A stretch of DNA of 64,000 nucleotides, taken from positions 64,001 to 128,000 of the forward strand of contig JAGSHN010000027.1 of NCBI GenBank assembly GCA_029855935.1. Direction: 5' to 3'. Below the pieces are notes generated by a model. That model saw only the letters and a list, made by a program, of their open reading frames with translations. It searched no databases and was not told the origin of the DNA. This stretch comes from Candidatus Thorarchaeota archaeon (GTDB lineage: Archaea; Asgardarchaeota; Thorarchaeia; Thorarchaeales; Thorarchaeaceae). The translations under genes were made by a program, and so were the position numbers. Positions within the stretch are counted from its first letter, which is position 1; every line of letters starts with the position of its first letter. Positions 59,633-64,000 of the stretch are shown here, piece after piece.

Positions 59633-59764
59633 ATGAGCGAAGACCAATACAAGAAGCTGGGTGCGGCAGAACTCATGCGCCTTGCAGAGGAGAAGGTGTC
59701 TGAGATGCAGCATCTGGTCAAGTCGATAATTGCGTCGCTGAAGAGGATTGGCGGGTTTGAATAG
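59633..59764 (+). CDS. small helical protein (43 aa)
   Basis: MSEDQYKKLGAAELMRLAEEKVSEMQHLVKSIIASLKRIGGFE; starts 5 nt after the previous stop; below the ORF-track cutoff. Confidence 0.6.
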   Translation: MSEDQYKKLGAAELMRLAEEKVSEMQHLVKSIIASLKRIGGFE

Positions 59765-59768
59765 TCCG

Positions 59769-60530
59769 CTACACGAGTCTCACGTTCGCCTCATTATAGA
59801 CCCATACTCTCTCAGTCCCCACCGAGCCGACGAGCGTGAGACGGCTCTCGCGGGCAATCCGGATCCCTGTGTCCGTCGCCACGGCCAAGGAGAACACGGC
59901 AGCCACTCCTGCCGTGGCGCACTGGGACACGATCTCCGAAGTGAGTCGGCCTGTGAAGAGTAGCACTGTCCTGTGAAGATTCATTCCAGCAAGCACTGCC
60001 GCACCTATCGCCTTCCTCAAGGCATTGGTCCGGCGTATGTCCTCTCTCACTATGATCTCGCCAGTGTTGAGCGACATCACGAGACAGCCGTGGGCGCAGC
60101 CCGTCCTGTTCAGTATCTCTTGAGAGACGCGGAGCTGATGGAGCAGGTCAGTTACTTTGGCCCACCGCAAGTCGGTCGGACAGGGGGAGCCAGACATCGC
60201 CGCTCGACCCTCGTATGCTCTGACACCATCACGTTGGACAGTCACTGTCGCAAGGTCCTCCGACTCCTCCACCGACACGGCACCAGAGTCGACAGTCATA
60301 CGCCGCGTCAGCAGGAGCACGCCTGCAGCGAGTTCGGTCAGGTTCGCAGGTGTTCCCGTTGTCTCCTCGATGATGTCACCGTCGGACCAGACCAGTCTCA
60401 GCCTTGCCTCAACGGCAAGTTCCTCAATGACCGCTGACCTCTGACCGTTGACTACGGATTCCACCTCAGTTCTCCTCGTGACTGGCATCCCTACTATCCT
60501 CCGTGCCCGATACGCAGGCAGTTCACCCAC
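59769..60530 (-). CDS. fdhD: FdhD/NarQ family sulfurtransferase-like protein
   Basis: TP..L.ELAAG, TGCAH, REDI.R.NAL.KAIG, TGRLTSEI, LTLVG. Confidence 0.75.
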   Translation of the reverse strand: MGELPAYRARRIVGMPVTRRTEVESVVNGQRSAVIEELAVEARLRLVWSDGDIIEETTGTPANLTELAAGVLLLTRRMTVDSGAVSVEESEDLATVTVQRDGVRAYEGRAAMSGSPCPTDLRWAKVTDLLHQLRVSQEILNRTGCAHGCLVMSLNTGEIIVREDIRRTNALRKAIGAAVLAGMNLHRTVLLFTGRLTSEIVSQCATAGVAAVFSLAVATDTGIRIARESRLTLVGSVGTERVWVYNEANVRLV

Positions 60531-60551
60531 CGATGCTGCAGCTCTGGCAAT

Positions 60552-61508
60552 TCAGTCTGGGACGAGCCTCGTTCCTGTTTCGCCATTCAGTGCCCGCGTG
60601 ATGTTCGGTGGGTCTGTGATGATTGCAAGGTCGCCACCGTGTTCGATGAACTGAACACAGGCCTCAATCTTCGGCAGCATGCTCCCTGCGGCAAAGTGAC
60701 CCTCCTTGACGTATTTGCGGGCCTCGGAGACGGTCATCGAATCAATAGCCATCTGATTGGGAGTGTTGTAGTGGAGATAGACCTGCTCAACGGCTGTTGA
60801 GATTAACAGGACATCCACATCCAGGTCGCTGGCCAGCAGGCTTGACGCAAAGTCCTTGTCGATTACAGCATAGGTCCCCTCGTACATCCCGTCGTCCCGC
60901 CGAATGACGGGAATGCCGCCACCACCGACCGCGTATACGATGATGCCGCGACTCACGAGCTCCCTGATGGCCTCGAGTTCAAGAATGCGCTTTGGACGGG
61001 GTGAGGGAACCACACGGCGCCAGCCGCGACCGGCGTCCTCGACCACATGCCATCCGAACTTCTCCCTCTTGCGCAGTGCCTCCTCGCGCGTCATAAACAA
61101 CCCTATCGGCTTGGTGGGGTTCTGAAACGCAGGGTCTGAGGGGTCGACCTCCACGCGAGTGATCACACCAGTCACAGTCCTGTCGACGCCGCGGCGGATG
61201 AACTCGTTCTTCAACGCCTGTGCAATCATGTAGCCTATCTGACCCTGGCTCTGCGCGCCACAGTAGTCCAGCGGCACAGGATGTACCTCGTGCTCAGCGA
61301 GCTCCGACCTCCGTAGTATGGCACCGACCTGGGGGCCATTGCCGGAGGTGATCACAATGTCCCAGCCCTGAAGTATCATGTCTGCAATATGTCGCGCAGT
61401 CTCCACGGCAGCCTTGTACTGATCGGGAATGGTCCGATGGCTCTTGTCGCGCATCAGTGAGTTCCCGCCGATGGCCACTACTCCCGTCTTGGTCGTCGAT
61501 GAAGCCAC
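60552..61508 (-). CDS. arcC: carbamate kinase
   Basis: AIGGN, GNGPQVG, NPTKPIG, RRVVPSP, GGGGIPV, VIDKD, GSMLPK. Confidence 0.95.
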   Translation of the reverse strand: MASSTTKTGVVAIGGNSLMRDKSHRTIPDQYKAAVETARHIADMILQGWDIVITSGNGPQVGAILRRSELAEHEVHPVPLDYCGAQSQGQIGYMIAQALKNEFIRRGVDRTVTGVITRVEVDPSDPAFQNPTKPIGLFMTREEALRKREKFGWHVVEDAGRGWRRVVPSPRPKRILELEAIRELVSRGIIVYAVGGGGIPVIRRDDGMYEGTYAVIDKDFASSLLASDLDVDVLLISTAVEQVYLHYNTPNQMAIDSMTVSEARKYVKEGHFAAGSMLPKIEACVQFIEHGGDLAIITDPPNITRALNGETGTRLVPD

Positions 61509-61772
61509 TATATCACCTCAGCAGAGAGGCTTGACCGGGCCAGACGCACCTTTTAAGGGGTTCGACAACAGCCACTGGAGTACCAGAGAACGACACACAA
61601 GGGCGGACACGACCTCTCATTGCTCTGGCCAGATGCGATACCGTGAGATTGAGGCCGTAGGGGGCCAGCACAGCAGCTCTCGAGCCGTGAGGGCACTGGA
61701 GAGAAATATCTGGGCGCTGATATCGGGTGTTAACTCTATTTAAATCGCATCTTGAAGCGAGAGAATAAAGAG

Positions 61773-61821
61773 AATTTATAAAGGGGGTTTGTAGTCATTG
61801 CAGGCGGAGATCTATCTCCGA
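61773..61821 (+). promoter_or_regulatory. TATA box and 5'-UTR palindrome of the second caspase-like gene
   Basis: aTTTATAAAg, then CGGAGAT-ct-ATCTCCG (61806-61821) just before the AGGAG SD. Confidence 0.5.
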
Positions 61822-61832
61822 GGAGAAGGACA

Positions 61833-62936
61833 TTGAAGAAGAAGACACTCATAGCAATTGGGTTGCTGTTTGTATTCGCGCTTGCCTTTGCGCTCCCGCA
61901 GGCTGCGGCCGTTGTGACTGACGATAATCAGGCAATGGCCCGCAGGGGTGGGTCCGGAGGTGGCCGACGGAACACCGCTCCGACCGTGACCATAACCTCG
62001 CCGGAGGACCTCTCGACAGTGAGCGGTACAATCACCATCACGGCCACAGCCACCGATGCACAGGACGGGACTCTCATACCGACCATATACATCGACGGCG
62101 TGGCAGTGGCGACTGCGACATCGTATGTGTGGGACACAACTACCGTGGCCGATGGCACGCACACCATAGACGCCAAGGCCACAGACAGCGGAGGCCTAGT
62201 GGGGCAGGACAGCGTGATAGTGACCGTTGACAACGTTGAGGAACCGCCCCCGCCGCCTGGACAGAACAAGTACGCTGTGATAGTCGGGATATCAGACTAC
62301 CTTGCGGTCAATGATCTGTCCTACTGCGACGAGGACGCTACTGACTGGTACAACTACCTATCAGGCCTCGGTTACACTATCAAGCTGTTCGGCGATGGCA
62401 CCAACTACTATCCCCAGTGGGATGGCTATGCCACTGAGTACAACATCAAGAACGCTCTGGCAGACTTCATCGCGCTCGCTGACGAGGACGACATCTTAGT
62501 CTACGCCAGCTCTGGTCACGGTACCACCTACAGCGGTGGAGAGACTATCTGCTGCTGGGACTATGGTGCTGGACAGGATGGTGAGGATGGGTCCTTTACC
62601 GACGTAGAGATGGCTGATGTCTTCGCCCCGGCTGTCTGTAACATCTTCATCTTCCTCGACCACTGCTATAGCGGTGGAATGAATGAGGTGATGTACAACT
62701 CGAACTCGGCAAAGATCTACCTCACAACGACCTGCACGGCCACCGGATACGGATACGATGAGCCGACCTATCAGAACGGTGCGTGGACCTACTGGTTCCT
62801 CGAGGCCGGCCTCGTGGGTCAGGGCTTCACAACGATGGAGGACTGCTTCGCGTGGGCAGTTGCTCAGTATCCGTACGGCGGCGCGGACACACCGCAAGAG
62901 TTTGACGGAAACCCCAGCGTCCCCTTCACTCTCTGA
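61833..62936 (+). CDS. secreted caspase-family (clan CD) protease with Ig-like domain
   Basis: Signal peptide, NTAPTVTITSP..WDTT..DG.HT Ig-like domain, PPPPP linker, AVIVGISDY, SGHG, DHCYSGG. Confidence 0.85.
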   Translation: MKKKTLIAIGLLFVFALAFALPQAAAVVTDDNQAMARRGGSGGGRRNTAPTVTITSPEDLSTVSGTITITATATDAQDGTLIPTIYIDGVAVATATSYVWDTTTVADGTHTIDAKATDSGGLVGQDSVIVTVDNVEEPPPPPGQNKYAVIVGISDYLAVNDLSYCDEDATDWYNYLSGLGYTIKLFGDGTNYYPQWDGYATEYNIKNALADFIALADEDDILVYASSGHGTTYSGGETICCWDYGAGQDGEDGSFTDVEMADVFAPAVCNIFIFLDHCYSGGMNEVMYNSNSAKIYLTTTCTATGYGYDEPTYQNGAWTYWFLEAGLVGQGFTTMEDCFAWAVAQYPYGGADTPQEFDGNPSVPFTL

Positions 62937-62949
62937 GATGAGACAGCTC

Positions 62950-63008
62950 TCCACCTCTACAATGTAGAGTGGACCGCCAACAGGATGGGACGCCCTCTCG
63001 TCCCATCC
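62950..63008 (+). terminator. two tandem hairpins after the caspase-like gene
   Basis: TCCAC.CTCTACA-a-TGTAGAG.TGGA and GGATGGGACG-ccctct-CGTCCCATCC, followed by a pyrimidine-rich tract. Confidence 0.55.
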
Positions 63009-63148
63009 GCCATCTCCTTCTCCTGGTTTCTGCCAGACCACAACGACTAGAGTAGATTCTTGTAGGACCCCGAAAACCAGATAACGTCCGCTGGTAGAGA
63101 CAGCTGGAAGCGCCACGCTGATTCTCAACGGGCTAGGAGAGCAGTCAG

Positions 63149-64000
63149 ATGGAGAGGTCCAGAGCGCAAGTCAATCCCTATCTCGTGGTGGCGGCGACAG
63201 GCGTGGGAGTCTTCCTCAGTGCCCTCGACTCGTCTATCGTCAACGTGTCGCTCTGGACAATGGCGAGGGACTTCGGGGTCGGGATGGCCGACATACAGTG
63301 GGTGACCGTGGCGTACCTACTGGTGCTGACCTCTCTGATGCCTCTCGGAGGAAAGATGGGAGACAGAGTGGGAAAGACCCGGATCTTTCAGATGGGTATC
63401 GCACTGTTCACTCTCGGCTCACTGTCATGTGCCCTATCGCCGACACTGGCACAGCTCGTTGCCTCTAGAGTGTTCCAAGCAATCGGCTCAAGTATGATGA
63501 CGGCCAACGGGCTGGCCCTGGTCACATACTTCACAACGCCTGAGAATCGTGGGCGGGCGATGGGACTCAACTCAATCACACTTGCTATCGCTCTTGCAGC
63601 AGGACCTGTCCTCGGCGGCATTCTCACGCAGTTCTACGGCTGGCCAAGCATATTCCTTGTCAATCTCCCGCTCGGCGTGCTGGGCTATCTGCTCGTACGC
63701 CACATCGTCCCTCGCACAGAGCCTGTACGAGAGGTCAGCTTTGACGTGGTCGGCGCCGCTCTCTTCTTCCTCTGCCTGTTCTCACTTGTATACGCTGTCT
63801 CTGTGGCGAGAGACGTCGCAGTCGAACAGACCGTACTCTTCGCCGTGGTCTCGATTGTCTCCTTCGTAGTGCTGCTGATCAGAGAGAGGAGATTCATCTC
63901 GCCAATCATCCCCACCCGAGTAATGGCCGACAGGAGAATCTGGACAAGCATCGTCTCAGCCATTCTCTCCTTCATGGCAATGATACCCATCTCCTTTCTG
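63149..64000 (+). CDS. MFS drug:H+ antiporter DHA2 (EmrB/QacA) family (partial)
   Basis: Hand translation MERSRAQVNPY..LDSSIVNVSL..QWVTVAYLL..GKMGDRVG..GPVLGG..IFLVNLP; open to the window end. Confidence 0.88.
   Translation, partial: MERSRAQVNPYLVVAATGVGVFLSALDSSIVNVSLWTMARDFGVGMADIQWVTVAYLLVLTSLMPLGGKMGDRVGKTRIFQMGIALFTLGSLSCALSPTLAQLVASRVFQAIGSSMMTANGLALVTYFTTPENRGRAMGLNSITLAIALAAGPVLGGILTQFYGWPSIFLVNLPLGVLGYLLVRHIVPRTEPVREVSFDVVGAALFFLCLFSLVYAVSVARDVAVEQTVLFAVVSIVSFVVLLIRERRFISPIIPTRVMADRRIWTSIVSAILSFMAMIPISFL

Noticed and set aside
1-64000. Genome-wide reassignment of TAG to an amino acid
   Set aside because: Many genes end at TAG at their natural C-terminus (e.g. 6876, 11116, 17568, 30052, 33853, 46878, 48428, 50185, 52061), so any read-through at 55022 would be site-specific.

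Overview
GC-rich archaeal chromosomal segment, most likely an Asgard archaeon (Thorarchaeia-like). This is inferred from two small GTPases (one with Rab signature motifs), a V4R-domain gene, a PCI-like winged-helix protein, a CxxC..H..H zinc/wHTH protein, a geranylgeranyl reductase and TATA-type promoters. About 55 CDSs cover amino-acid fermentation and central metabolism (PPDK, threonine dehydrogenase and deaminase, PEPCK, carbamate kinase, aminopeptidase, amino-acid ABC uptake), NAD salvage, a 22-30 kb Fe-S/flavin/molybdopterin redox block, transporters and several secreted or surface proteins. No rRNA, tRNA, CRISPR array, integrase or transposase was seen. Highlights: (1) a ~1050-codon surface glycoprotein gene interrupted by one in-frame TAG that sits at a domain linker and is followed directly by a stem-loop, a candidate for programmed amber read-through giving shed versus anchored forms; (2) two secreted caspase-fold (clan CD) proteases with different accessory domains, plus a membrane-anchored CUB-PPC paralog without a protease domain next to a six-PAS histidine kinase; (3) a Rab-like GTPase/GTPase/Zn-wHTH/V4R cluster flanked by isoprenoid-lipid enzymes; (4) a lower-GC island with a 1499-aa orphan membrane protein carrying in-frame tandem repeats; (5) a molybdopterin enzyme with a ferredoxin inserted in its C-terminal domain. 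All product calls come from motif recognition by eye; no database search was run.
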